From: the human T2T-CHM13v2.0 reference genome, Homo sapiens
DNA length: 64,000 bases
Strand: one strand, 5' to 3'
NCBI RefSeq assembly: GCF_009914755.1
Contig: NC_060933.1
Part shown: one piece after another, positions 43,201-58,800 of the stretch
How the letters are laid out: each line of letters begins with the position of its first letter
Position numbering within the stretch: the stretch's first letter is position 1
Position numbers and translations under genes: made by a program
Notes under the pieces: model-generated
The model's database searches: none
What the model was told of the DNA's origin: nothing
What the model saw: the letters and a program-made list of their open reading frames with translations, nothing else

Positions 43201-46200
43201 ATGGAATGGAATGGAATGGAATCGTTCTGAGTGGAATAGGAGGGGATGTATTCGAGTGGAATGGAAAGGAATGGTATCAATCAGAGTGGAATGGAAGGGA
43301 ATGGAATGGAATGGAAACTAATAGAATGGAATCAACCAGAGTGGAATGGAATGGAAAGGACTGGAATGGAATGGAATGGAATGGAATCAACTCGATTGTA
43401 ATGGAATGGAATGGAATGGAATGGAATGGAATTAACCCGAATACAATGGAATGGAATGGAATGGAACGGAATGGAGTGGAATGGAATGGAATCAACCCGA
43501 GTGCAGGGGAATGGAATGGAATGGAATGCAATGGAATGGAATCATCCGGAATGGAATGGAATGGAATGGAATCGTTCTGAGTGGAATAGGAGGGAATGTA
43601 TTCGAGTGGAATGGAAAGGAATGGAAAAAACCTGAGTGGAATGGAAGGGAATGGAATGGAATGGAAACTAATAGAATGGATTCAACCCGAGAGGAATGGA
43701 ATGGAAAGGACTGGAATGGAATGGAATGGAATGGAATCAACTTGATTGTAATGGAATGGATTGGAATGGAATGGAATGGAATGGTACGGAACGCAATGGA
43801 ATGGAATGGAATGGAATGGAACGGAAAGGAAGGGAATGGAATGGAATAGAATGTAATGGAATGGAATCAACGCGAGTGCAGGGGAATGGAATGGAATGGA
43901 ATGCAATGGAATGGAATGTTCCGGAATGGAATGGAATGGAATGGAATGGAATCAACCCGAGTGCAATGGAATGGAGTGGAATGGAATGGAATGGAATGGA
44001 ACAACCCGAATGGAATGGAATGTAATGGAGAGTACGGGAGTTGAATAGAATCAATCCGAATGTAATGGAATGGAATGGAACGGAATGGAATTGAATGGAA
44101 TGGAATGGAATGCAATGGAATGGAATCAACCCGAGTGCAATGGAATGGAGAGGAATGGAATGGAATGGAATGGAAACTACCCGAATGGAATGGAATGTAA
44201 TGGAGTGTAAGGGAAATGAATAGAATCATTCCGAATGTAATGGAATGGAATGGAACGGAATGGAATGGAATGGAATGGAATGGAATGGAATGGAATGCAA
44301 TGGAATGGAATCAACCCGAGTGCAATCGAATAGAATCGAATGGAATGGAATGCAATGGAATGGATTCAACTTGAATGGAATGGAAAGAATGGAATCAACA
44401 CGAGTGGAATGGCATGGATTGGAATGGAATGGAATGGAATCAACCCGAGTACAGGGGAATGGAATGGAATGGAATGCAATGGAATGGAATCATCCGTAAT
44501 GGAATGGAAAGGAATGGAATGGAATGGAATGGAATGGAATGGAATGGAATGGAATCAACTCGATTGCAATTGAATGGAATGGAATGGAAATAACCCGAAT
44601 AGAATGGAATGGAATGGAATGGAACGGAACGGAATGGAATGGAATGGAATGCAATGGAACGGAACGGAATGGAATGTAATGGAATGGAATCAACGCGAGT
44701 GCAGGGGAATGCAATGGAATGGAATGCAATGGAATGGAATCTTCTGGAATGGAATGGTATGGAGTGGAATGAAATGCAATGGATTCAACTCGATTGCAAT
44801 GGAATGGAATGGAATGGAATGGAATGGAATTAATCCGAATAGAATGGAATGGAATGGAATGGAACGGAATGGAACGGAATGGAATGGAATGGAATGGAAT
44901 GGTATGGAATGGAATGGAATGGTACGGAATAGAATGGAATGGAACGAATTGTAATGGAATGGAATTGAATGGAATGGAATGGAATGGAATGGAATCAACG
45001 CGAGTGCAGGGGAATGTAATGGAACGGAATGCAATGGAATGGAATCATCCGGAATGGAATGGAATGGAATGGAATGGAATGGAATGGAACAACCCGAATG
45101 GAATGGAATGTAATGGAGAGTAAGGGAGTTGAATAGAATCAATCCGAATATAATGGAATGGAATGGAACGGAACGGAATGGAATAGAATGGAATGCAATG
45201 GAATGGAATCAACCCGAGTAGAATGGAATGGAAAGGAATGGAATGGAATGGAATGGAATGGAATGGAATGGAATGGAATCAACTCGATTGCAGTCAAATG
45301 GAATAGAATGGAATTAACCCGAATAGAATGGAATGGAATGGAATGGAAAGGAACGGAATGGAATGGAATGGAATGGAATGGAATGGAATGGAATGGAATG
45401 GAATGGAATGGAATCAACGCGAGTGCAGGGGAATGGAATGGAATGGAATGCAATGGAATGGAATCTTACGGAATGGAATGGAATGGAATGGAATGGAATG
45501 GAATGGAATGGAATGGAATGAAATGCAATGGATTCAACTCGATTGCAATGGAATGGAATAGAATGGAATGGAATGGAATGGAATTAATCCGAATAGAATG
45601 GAACGGAATGGAATGGAACGGAATGGAACGGAATGGAATGGAATGGAATGGAATGGAATGGAATGGAATGGTATGGAAAGGAATGGAATGGTACGGAATA
45701 GAATGGAATGGAACGAATTGTAATGGAATGGAATTGAATGGAATGGAATGGAATGGAATGGGATCAACGCGAGTGAAGGGGAATGTAATGGAACGGAATG
45801 CAATGGAATGGAATCATCCGGAATGGAATGGAATGGAATGGAATGGAATCACCCCGAGTGCAATGGAATGGAGTGGAATGGAATGGAATGGAATGGAACA
45901 ACCCGAATGGAATGGAATGTAATGGAGAGTAAGGGAGTTGAATAGAATCAATCCGAATGTAATGGAATGGAATGCAACGGAGTGGAATGGAATGGAATGG
46001 AATGGAATGGAATGGAATGGAATGGAATTCAATGGAATTGAATCAACCCGAGTACAATGGAATGGAATGGAATGGAATGGAATGGAATGATACGGAATAG
46101 AATGCAATGGAACGGAATGGAATGGAATGGAATGGAATGATACGGAATAGAATGCAATGGAACGAAATGGAATGGAATGGAATGGAATGGAATGGAATGG

Positions 46201-48789
46201 AATGGAATGGAATCTTTCCGAGTGGAATAGGAGGGAATGTATTCGAGTGGAATGGAAAGGAATGGAAGCAACCAGAGTGGAATGGAAGGGAATGGAATGG
46301 AATGGAATCTAATAGAATGGAATCAACCCGAGTGGAATGGAATGGAAAGGACTGGAATGGAATGGAATGGAATGGAATCAACTCGATTGTAATGGAATGG
46401 AATGGAATGGAATGGAACGGAATGGAATTAACCCGAATACAATGGAATGGAATGGAATGCAACGGAATGGAGTGGAATGGAATGGAATCAACCCGAGTGT
46501 AGGGGAATGGAATGGAATGGAATGCAATGGAATGGAATCATCCGGAATGGAATGGAATGGAATGGAATGCAAAGCAATGGAATCAACTCGATTGCAATGG
46601 AATGGAATGGAATGGAAAGGAATACATTGGAATCAACCCGAGTGGAATGGAATGGAAAGGACTGGAATGGAGTGGAATGGAATGGAATGGAATGGAATGG
46701 AATCAACTCGATTGGAATGGAATGGAATGGAATGGAATGGAATGGAATTAACCCGAATAGAATGGAATGTAATGGAATGGAACGGAACGGAATGGAATGG
46801 AATGGAATGGAATGGAATGGAATGGAATGGAATCAACCCGACTGCAGGGTAATGGAATGGAATGGAATGCAATGGAATGGATTCAACTTGAATGGAATGA
46901 AAAGAATGGAATCAACACGAGTGGAATGGCATGGATTGGAATGGAATGGAATGGAATCAACCCGAGTACAGGGGAATGGAATGGAATGGAATGCAATGGA
47001 ATGGAATCATCCTTAATGGAATGGAAAGGAATGGAATGGAATGGAATTGAATGGAATGCAATCAACTCGATTGCAATCGAATGGAATGGAATGGAATTAA
47101 CCCGAATAGAATGGAATGGCATGGAATGGAACGGAATGGAACGGAACGGAATGGAATGGATTGGTATGGAATGGAATGGAATGGAATGGAACGGAACGGA
47201 ATGGAATGGAATGGAATGGAATGGAATGGAATGGAATGGAATCAACGCGAGTGCAGGGGAATGGAATGGAATGGAATGCAATGGAATGGAATCTTCCGGA
47301 ATGGAATGGAATGGAATGGAATGGAATGGAATGGAATGGAATGGAATAAACCCGAGTGCAATGGAATGGAGTGGAATGGAATGGAATGGAATGGAACAAC
47401 TCGAATGGAATGGAATGTAATGGAGAGTAAGGGAGTTGAATAGAATCAATCCGAATGTAATGGAATGGAATGGAACGGAATGGAATTGAATGGAATGGAA
47501 TGGAATGCAATGGAATGGAATCAACGCGAGTGCAATGGAATGGAGAGGAATGGAATGGAATGGAATGGAAACTACCCGAATGGAATGGAATGTAATGGAG
47601 TGTAAGGGAATTGAATAGAATCAATCCGAATGGAATGGAATGGAATGGAACGGAATGGAATGGAATGGAATGGAATGGATTGGTATGGAATGGAATGGAA
47701 TGGTACGTAATAGAATGGAATGGAACGAATTTTAATGGAATGGAATTGAATGGAATGGAATGGAATGGAATGGAATCAACGCGAGTGCAGGGGAATGTAA
47801 TGGAACGGAATGCAATGGAATGGAATCATCCGGAATGGAATGGAATGGAATGGAATGGAATGGAATCAACCCGAGTGCAATGGAATGGAGTGGAATGGAA
47901 TGGAATGGAATGGAACAACCCAAATGGAATGGAAGGTAATGGAGAGTAAGGGAGTTGAATAGAATCAATCGGAATGTAATGGAATGGAAAGCAACGGAAT
48001 GGAACGGAATGGAATGGAATGGAATGGAATGGAATGGAATGCAATGGAATGGAATCAACCCGAGTACAATGGAATGGAATGGAATGGAATGGAATGGAAT
48101 GGAACGCAATGGAATGGAATCTTCCGGAATGGAATGGAATGGAATGGAATGGAATGCAATGGATTCAACTCGATTGCAATGGAATGGAATAGAATGGAAT
48201 GGAATGGAATGGATTGGAATGGAATTAAGCCGAATAGAATGGAATGGAATGGAATGGAATGGAATGGAATGGAATGGAATGGAATGGAATGGAATGCAAT
48301 GGAATGGAATCAACCCGAGTACAATGGAACGGAATGTAATGTAATGGAATGGAATGGAATGGAATGGAATCAACCCGAGTGCAATGGAATGGAGAGGAAT
48401 GGAATGGAATGGAATGGAAACTACCCGAATGGAATGGAATGTAATGGAGTGTAAGGGAATTGAATAGAATCAATCCGAATGGAATGGAATGGAATGGAAC
48501 GGAATCGAATGGAATGGAATGGAATGGAATCAACCCGAGTGCAGGGGAATGGAATGGAATGGAATGCATTGGAATGGAATCATCCGGAATGGAATGGAAT
48601 GGAATGGAATGGAATGGAATGGAATCAATCCGAGTGCAATGGAATGGAGTGGAATGGAATGGAATGGAACAACCCGAATGGAATGGAATGTAATGGAGAG
48701 TAAGGGAGTTGAATAGAATCAATCCGAATGTAATGGAATGGAATGCAACGGAATGGAATGGAATGGAATGGAATGGAATGCAATGGAAT

Positions 48790-51700
48790 GGAATCAACCC
48801 GAGTGCAATGGAATGGAGTGGAATGGAATGGAATGGAATGGAACAACCCGAATGGAATGGAATGGAATGGAGAGTAAGGGAGTTGAATAGAATCAATCCG
48901 AATGTAATGGAATGGAATGGAACGGAATGGAATTGAATGGAATGGAATGGAATGCAATGGAATGGAATCAACCCGAGTGCAATGGAATGGAGAGGAATGG
49001 AATGGAATGGAATGGAATGCAATGGAATGGAATCAACCCGAGTGCAATGGAATAGAGAGGAATGGAATGGAATGGAATGGAAACTACCCGAATGGAATGG
49101 AATGGAATGTAATGGAGTGTAAGGGAATTGAATAGAATCAATCCAAATGTAATGGAATGGAATGGAACGGAATGGAATGGAATGGAATGGAATGGAATGG
49201 AATGGAATGCAATGGAATGGAATCAACCCGAGTGCAATCGAATGGAATCCAATTGAATGGAAGGCAATGGAATGGATTCAACTTGAATGGAATGGAAAGA
49301 ATGGAATCAACACGAGTGGAATGGCATGGATTGGAATGGAATGGAACGGAATCAACCCGAGTACCAGGGAATGGAAAGGAATGGAATGCAATGGAATGGA
49401 ATCATCCGTAATGGAATGGAAAGGAATGGAATGGAATGGAATGGAATGGAATGGAATGGAATCAACTCGATTGCAATCGAATGGAATGGAATGGAATTAA
49501 CCCGAATAGAATGGAATGGAATGGAATGGAACGGAACGGAATGGAATGGAATGGAATGGAATGGAATCAAAGCGAGTGCAGGGGAATGGAATGGAATGGA
49601 ATGCAATGGAATGGAAACTTCCGGAATGGAATGGAATGGAATGGAATGGAATGAAATGCAATGGATTCAACTCGATTGCAATGGAATGGAATAGAATGGA
49701 ATGGAATGGAATGGAATGGAATGGAATTAATCCGAATAGAATGGAATGGAATGGAATGCAACGGAATGGAACGGAATGGAATGGAATGGAATGGAATGGA
49801 ATGGTATGGAATGGAATGGAATGGTACGGAATAGAATGGAATGGAGCGAATTGTAATGGAATGGAATTGAATGGAATGGAATGGAATGGAATGGAATCAA
49901 CGCGAGTGCAGGGGAATGTAATGGAACGGAATGCAATGGAATGGAATCATCCGGAATGGAATGGAATTGAATGGAATGGAATGGAATCAACCCGAGTGCA
50001 ATGGAATGGAGTGGAATGGAATGGAATAGAATGGAACAACCCGAATGGAATGGAATGTAATGGAGAGTAAGGGAGTTGAATAGAATCAATCCAAATGTAA
50101 TGGAATGGAATGCAACGGAATGGAATGGAATGGAATGGAATGGAATGCAATGGAATGGAATCAACCCGAGTACAATGGAATGCAATGGAATGGAATGGAA
50201 TGGAATGGAATGGAATGGAATGGAATGATACGGAATGGAATGGAATGGAACGAAATGGAATGGAATGGAATGGAATGGAATGGAATGGAATGGAATGGAA
50301 TGGAATGGAATGGAATCGTTCCGAGTGGAATAGGAGGGAATGTATTCGAGTGGAATGGAAAGGAATGGAAGCAACCAGAGTGGATTGGAAGGGAATGGAA
50401 TGGAATGGAAACTAATAGAATGGAATCAACCAGAGTGGAATGGAATGGAAAGGACTGCAATGGAATGGAATGGAATGGAATAAACTCGATTGTAATGGAA
50501 TGGAATGGAATGGAATGGAATGGAATGGAATGGAATTAACCCGAATACAATGGAATGGAATGGAATGGAACGGAATGGAGTGGAATGGAATGGAATAAAC
50601 CCGAGTGCAGGGGAATGGAATGGAATGCAATGCAATGGAATGGAATCATCCGGAATGGAATGGAATGGAATGCAAAGCAATGGAATCAACTCGATTGAAA
50701 TGGAATGGAAAGGAATGGAAAGGAATACATTGGAATCAACCCGAGTGGAATGGAATGGAAAGGACTGGAATGGAGTGGAATGGAATGGAATGGAATGGAA
50801 TGGAATGGAATGGAATGGAATCAAACTTATTGGAATGGAATGGAATGGAATGGAATGGAATGGAATGGAATGGAATTAACCCGAATAGAAAGGAATGGAA
50901 TGGAATGGAACGGAACGGAATGGAATGGAATGGAATGGAATCAACCTGACTGCAGGGGAATGGAATGGAATGGAATGCAATGGAATGGATTCAACTTGAA
51001 TGAAATGGAAAGAATGGAATCAACACGAGTGGAATGGCATGGATTGGAATGGAATGGAATGGAATCAACCCGAGTACAGGGGAATGGAATGGAATGGAAT
51101 GCAATGGAATGGAATCATCCGTAATGGAATGGAAAGGAATGGAATGGAATGGAATGGAATGGAATGGAATGGAATCAACTCGATTGAAATCGAATGGAAT
51201 GGAATGGAATTAACCCGAATAGAATGGAATAGAATGGAATGGAACGGAACGGAACGGAAGGGAATGGAATGGAATGGAATGGAATGGAATGGAATGGAAT
51301 GGAATGGAATCAACGAGAGTGCAGGGGAATGGAATGGAATGGAATGCAATGGAATGGAATCTTCCAGAATGGAATGGAATTGAATGGAATGGAATGGAAT
51401 GGAATGGAATAAACCCGAGTGCAATGGAATGGAGTGGAATGGAATGGAATGGAATGGAACAACCCGAATGGAATGGAATGTAATGGAGAATAAGGGAGTT
51501 GAATAGAATCAATCCGAATGTAATGGAATGGAATGGAACGGAATGGAATTGAATGGAATGGAATGGAATGGAATGGAATGGAATCAACCCGAGTGCAATG
51601 GAATGGAGTGGAATGGAATGGAATGGAATGGAACAACCCGAACGGAATGGAATGGAATGGAGAGTAAGGGAGTTGAATAGAATCAATCCGAATGTAATGG

Positions 51701-53630
51701 AATGGAATGGAACGGAATGGAATTGAATGGAATGGAATGGAATGCAATGGAATGGAATCAACCCGAGTGCAATGGAATGGAGAGGAATGGAATGGAATGG
51801 AATGGAATGCAATGGAATGGAATCAACCCGAGTGCAATGGAATAGAGAGGAATGGAATGGAATGGAATGGAAACTACCCGAATGGAATGGAATGGAATGT
51901 AATGGAGTGTAAGGGAATTGAATAGAATCAATCCAAATGTAATGGAATGGAATGGAACGGAATGGAATGGAATGGAATGGAATGGAATGGAATGGAATGC
52001 AATGGAATGGAATCAACCCGAGTGCAATCGAATGGAATCCAATTGAATGGAAGGCAATGGAATGGATTCAACTTGAATGGAATGGAAAGAATGGAATCAA
52101 CACGAGTGGAATGGCATGGATTGGAATGGAATGGAACGGAATCAACCCGAGTACCAGGGAATGGAATGGAATGGAATGCAATGGAATGGAATCATCCGTA
52201 ATGGAATGGAAAGGAATGGAATGGAATGGAATGGAATGGAATGGAATGGAATCAACTCGATTGCAATCGAATGGAATGGAATGGAATTAACCCGAATAGA
52301 ATGGAATGGAATGGAATGGAAAGGAACGGAATGGAATGGAATGGAATGGAATGGAATCAAAGCGAGTGCAGGGGAATGGAATGGAATGGAATGCAATGGA
52401 ATGGAAACTTCCGGAATGGAATGGAATGTAATGGAATGGAATGAAATGCAATGGATTCAACTCGATTGCAATGGAATGGAATAGAATGGAATGGAATGGA
52501 ATGGAATGGAATGGAATGGAATGGAATGGAATGGAATGGAATTAACCCGAATACAATGGAATGGAATGGAATGGAACGGAATGGAGTGGAATGGAATGGA
52601 ATCAACCCGAGTGCAGGGGAATGGAATGGAATGCAATGCAATGGAATGGAATCATCCGGAATGGAATGGAATGGAATGCAAAGCAATGGAATCAACTCGA
52701 TTGAAATGGAATGGAAAGGAATGGAAAGGAATACATTGGAATCAACCCGAGTGGAATGGAATGGAAAGGACTGGAATGGAGTGGAATGGAATGGAATGGA
52801 ATGGAATGGAATGGAATCAAACTTATTGGAATGGAATGGAATGGAATGGAATGGAATGGAATGGAATGGAATGGAATGGAATTAACCCGAATAGAAAGGA
52901 ATGGCATGGAATGGAACGGAACGGAATGGAATGGAATGGAATGGAATCAACCTGACTGCAGGGGAATGGAATGGAATGGAATGCAATGGAATGGATTCAA
53001 CTTGAATGAAATGGAAAGAATGGAATCAACACGAGTGGAATGGCATGGATTGGAATGGAATGGAATGGAATCAACCCGAGTACAGGGGAATGGAATGGAA
53101 TGGAATGCAATGGAATGGAATCATCCGTAATGGAATGGAAAGGAATGGAATGGAATGGAATGGAATGGAATGGAATGGAATGGAATGGAATGGAATGGAA
53201 TCAACTCGATTGAAATCGAATGGAATGGAATGGAATTAACCCGAATAGAATGGAATAGAATGGAATGGAACGGAACGGAACGGAAGGGAATGGAATGGAA
53301 TGGAATGGAATGGAATGGAACGGAAAGGAATGGAATGGAATGGAATGGAATGGAATCAACGCGAGTGCAGGGGAATGGAATGGAATGGAATGCAATGGAA
53401 TGGAATCTTCCAGAATGGAATGGAATTGAATGGAATGGAATGGAATGGAATGGAATAAACCCGAGTGCAATGGAATGGAGTGGAATGGAATGGAATGGAA
53501 TGGAACAACCCGAATGGAATGGAATGTAATGGAGACTAAGGGAGTTGAATAGAATCAATCCGAATGTAATGGAATGGAATGGAACGGAATGGAATTGAAT
53601 GGAATGGAATGGAATGGAATGGAATGGAAT
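48790..53630 (+). repeat. Tandem duplication, period 2790 bp; second copy carries a ~0.8 kb internal deletion
   Basis: Offset 2790 for AATAGAGAGG 49051/51841, ATTCAACTTG 49276/52066, GTACCAGGGA 49361/52151 and GGAAACTTCC 49613/52403. The offset drops to ~2000 for ATTAACCCGAATACAA 50535/52541, TCAAACTTATT 50821/52817 and ATTCAACTTG 50989/52995. Confidence 0.85.
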
Positions 53631-55829
53631 CAACCCGAGTTCAATGGAATGGAGAGGAATGGAATGGAATGGAATGGAAACTACCCGAATGGAATGGAAT
53701 GTAATGGAGTGTAAGGGAATTGAATAGAATCAATCCGAATGTAATGGAATGGAAAGGAACGGAATGGAATGGAATGGAATGGAATGGAATCAACACGATT
53801 GCAATCGAATGGAATGGAATGGAATTAACCCGAATAGAATGGAATGGAATGGAACGGAACGGAATGGAATGGAATGGAATGGAATGGAATGGAACGGAAC
53901 GGAACGGAAGGGAATGGAATGGAATGGAATGGAATGGAATGGAATGGAATGGAATCAACGCGAGTGCAGGGAGATGGAATGGAATGGAATGGTATGGAAT
54001 GGAATGGAATGGTACGGAATAGAATGGAATGGAACGAATTGTAATGGAATGGAATTGAATGGAATGGAATGGAATGGAATGGAATGGAATGGAATCAACG
54101 CGAGTGCAGGGGAATGTAATGGAACGGAATGCAATGGAATGGAATCATCCGGAATGGAATGGAATGGAATGGAATGGAATGGAATCAACCCGAGTGCAAT
54201 GGAATGGAGTGGAATGGAATGGAATAGAATGGAACAACCCGAATGGAATGGAATGTAATGGAGAGTAAGGGAGTTGAATAGAATCAATCCGAATGTAATG
54301 GAATGGAATGCAACGGAATGGAATGGAATGGAATGGAATGCAATGGAATGGAATCAACCCGAGCACTATGGAATGGAATGGAATGGAATGGAATGGAATG
54401 GAATGGAATGGAATGATACGGAATGGAATGGAATGGAACGAAATGGAATGGAATGGAATGCAATGCAATGGAATTGAATGGAATGGAATGGAATGGAATG
54501 GAATGGAATGGAATCGTTCCGAGTGGAATAGGAGGGAATGTATTCGAGTGGAATGGAAAGGAATGGAAGCAACCAGAGTGGAATGGAAGGGAATGGAATG
54601 GAATGGAAACTAATAGAATGGAATCAACCCGAGTGGAATGGAATGGAAAGGACTGGAATGGAATGGAATGGAATGGAATCAACTCGATTGTAATGGAATG
54701 GAATGGAATGGAATGGAATGGAATGGAATGGAGTTAACCCGAATACAATGGAATGGAATGGAATGGAACGGAATGGAGAGGAATGGAATGGAATCAAACC
54801 GAGTGCAGGGGAATGGAATGGAATGCAATGCAATGGAATGGAATGATCCGGAATGGAATGGATTGGAATGCAAAGCAATGGATTCAACTCAATTGCAATG
54901 GAATGGAAAGGAATGGAAAGGAATACATTGGAATCAACCCGAGTGGAATGGAATGGAAAGGACTGGAAAGGAGTGGAATGGAATGGAATGGAATGGAATG
55001 GAATGGAATGGAATCAAATTGATTGGAATGGAATGGAATGGAATGGAATGGAATGGAATGGAATGGAATGGAATTAACCCCAATAGAAAGGAATGAAATG
55101 GAATGGAACGGAACGGAATGGAATGGAATGGAATGGAATGGAATGGAATGGAATGGAATCAACCTGACTGCAGGGGAATGGAATGGAATGGAATGCAATG
55201 GAATGGATTCAACTTGAATGGAATGGAAAGAATGGAATCAACACGAGTGGAATGGCATGGATTGGAATGGAATGGAATGGAATCAACCCGAGTACAGGGG
55301 AATGGAATGGAATGGAATGCAATGGAATGGAATCATCCGTAATGGAATGGAAAGGAATGGAATGGAATGGAATGGAATGGAATGGAATGGAATGGAATCA
55401 ACTCGATTGCAATCGAATGGAATGGAATGGAATTAACCAGAATAGAATGGAATAGAATGGAATGGAACGGAACGGAACGGAACGGAATGGAATGGAATGG
55501 AATGGAATGGAATGGAACGGAAAGGAATGGAATGGTATGGAATGGAATGGAATAAACCCGAGTGCAATGGAATGGAGTGGAATGGAATGGAATGGAATGG
55601 AATAACCCGAATGGAATGTAACGTAATGGAGACAAAGGGAATTGAATAGAATCAATCCGAATGTAATGGAATGGAATGGAACGGAATGGAATTGAATGGA
55701 ATGGAATGGAATGGAATGCAATGGAATGGAATCAACCCGAGTGCAATGGAATGGAGAGGAATGGAATGGAATGGAATGGAAACTACCCGAATGAAATGGA
55801 ATGTAATGGAGTGTAAGGGAATTGAATAG

Positions 55830-58800
55830 AATCAATCCGAATGTAATGGAATGGAAAGGAACGGAATGGAATGGAATGGAATGGAATGGAATGGAATGCA
55901 ATGGAATGGAATCAACCAGTGTGCAATCGAATGGAATCGAATGGAATGGAATGCAATGGAATGGATTCAACTTGAATGGAATGGAAAGAATGGAATCAAC
56001 ACGAGTGGAAGGGCATGGATTGGAATGCAATGGAATGGAATCAACCCGAGTACAGGGGAATGGAATGGAATGGAATGGAATGGAATGGAATCAACACGAT
56101 TGCAATCAAATGGAATGGAATGGAATTAACCAGAATAGAATGGAATGGAATAGAATGGAACGGAACGGAATGGAATGGAATGGAATGGAATGGAATGGAA
56201 TGGAACGGAACGGAACGGAATGGAATGGAATGGAATGTATTGGAATGGAATGGAATGGAATCAACGCGAGTGCAGGGAGATGGAATGGAATGGAATGCAA
56301 TGGAATGGAATCTTCCGGAATGGAATAGAATGGAATGGAATGGAATGAAATGCAATGGATTCAACTCGATTGCAATGGAATGGAATAGAATGGAATGGAA
56401 TGGAATGGAATGGAATTAACCCGAATAGAATGGAATGGAATGGAATGGAACGGAATGGAACGGAATGGAATGGAATGGAATGGAATGGAATGGAATGGTA
56501 TGGAATGGAATGGAATGGTACGGAATAGAATGGAATGGAACGAATTGTAATGGAATGGAATTGAATGGAATGGAATGGAATGGAATGGAATCAACGCGAG
56601 TGCAGGGGAATGTAATGGAACGGAATGCAATGGAATGGAATCATCCGGAATGGAATGGAATGGAAAGGAATGGAATGGAATCACCCGAGTGCAATGGAAT
56701 GGAGTGGAATGGAATGGAATGGAATGGAATAACCCGAATGGAATGGAATGTAATGAAGAGTAAGGGAGTTGAATAGAATCAATCTGAATGTAATAGAATG
56801 GAATGCAACGGAATGGAATGGAATGGAATGGAATGGAATGGAATGGAATGGAATGCAAAGGAATGGAATCAACCCGAGTGGAATGGCATGGAATGGAATG
56901 CAATGGAATGGAATGGAATGGAATCAACTCGAGTGGAAAGGAATGGAATGGAATGGAAAGGAATTTAATGAAATCAACTCGAGTGGAATGGAATGGAATG
57001 GAATAGATTGGAATGGATTGCAACGGAATGAAATGGAATGGAATGGAATGGAATCAATCATTCCGAGTGGAATGTAAGGGAATGTAATGGAGTGGAAAGA
57101 AGGGAATGGAATCAACCCGATTGGAATGCAAGGCAATGGAATGGAATGGAAAGGAATGGAATGGAATCAACTCGATTGCAATGGAATGGAATGGAATGGA
57201 ATGGAATGGAATGGAATTAACCGGAATAGAATGGAATGAAATGGAATGGAACGGAATGGAATGGAATGGAAGGTAATGGAATCAACACGAGTGCAGGGGA
57301 ATGGAATGGAATGGAATGCAATGGAATGGAATCATCCGGAATGGAATGGAATGGAATGGAATCAACTCCATTGCAATGGAATGGAATGGAATGGAATGGA
57401 ATAGAATGGAATGGAATTAACCCGAATAGAATGGAATGCAATAGAATGGAATGGAACGGAACCGAATGGAGTGGAATGGAATGGAATGGAATCAACCTGA
57501 GTGCAGGGGAATGGAATGGAATGGAATGCAATGGAATGCAATCATCCGGAATGGAATGGAATGGAATGGAATGGAATGGAATCAAACCGAGTGCAATGGA
57601 ATGGAGTGAAATGGAATGGAATGCAATGGAAACAACCAGAATGGATTGGAATATAATGGAGTGTAAGGGAATTGAATAGAATCAATCTGAATGTAATGAA
57701 ATGGAATCGAACGGAATGGAATGGAATGGAATGGAATCGAATGGAATGGAATGGAATGGAATCAACCCGAGTGCAACGGAATGGATTCGAATGGAATGGA
57801 ATGGAGTGGATTGGATTCTACCCGAATGGAATGGAAAGGAATGGAATCAACCCGAGTGGAATGGCATGGAATGGAATGGAATGGAATGGAATGGAATGGA
57901 ATGGAATGGTTCGGAATAGAATGGATTGGAACAAAATGGAATGGAATGGAATGGAATGGAATGGAATGGAATGGAATGGAATCAAGTCGATTGCAATGGA
58001 ATAGAATGGAATGGAATGGAACGGATTGGAATGGAATGGAATGGAATGGAATGGAATTAAATGGAATGGAATGGAATGGAATGGAATCAACCCGAGTGCA
58101 GGGGAAAGGAATGTAATGGAATGCAATGGAATGGAATGGAATGGAATGGAATGGAATGGAATGGAATGGAATGGAATCAACCCGAGTGGAATGGCATGGA
58201 ATGGAATGCAATGGAATGGAATGGAATGGAATCAACTCGAGTGGAAAGGAATGGAATGGAATGGAAAGGAATGGAATGAAATCAACTCGAGTGGAATGGA
58301 ATGGAATGGAATGGATTGGAATGGATTGCAATGGAATGAAATGGAATGGAATGGAATGGAATCAATCATTCCGAGTGGAATGGAAGGGAATGTAATGGAG
58401 TGGAAAGAAGGGAATGGAATCAACCCGAGTGGAATGCAAGGCAATGGAATGGAATGGAAAGGAATGGAATGTAATCAACTCGATTGCAATGGAATGGAAT
58501 GGAATGGAATGGAAAGGAATGGAATGGAATGAAATGGAATGGAATGGAGTGCAATGGAATGGAATCAACTCGAGTGCAATCGAATGGAATCGAATGGAAT
58601 GGAATGCAATGGAATGGATTCAAGTTGAATGGAATGGAAAGAATGGAATCAACACGAGTGGAATGGCATGGATTGGAATGGAATGGAATGGAATCAACCC
58701 GAGTACAGGGGAATGGAATGGAATGGAATGCAATGGAATGGAATCATCCGTAATGGAATGGAAAGGAATGGAATGGAATGGAATGGAATGGAATGGAATG

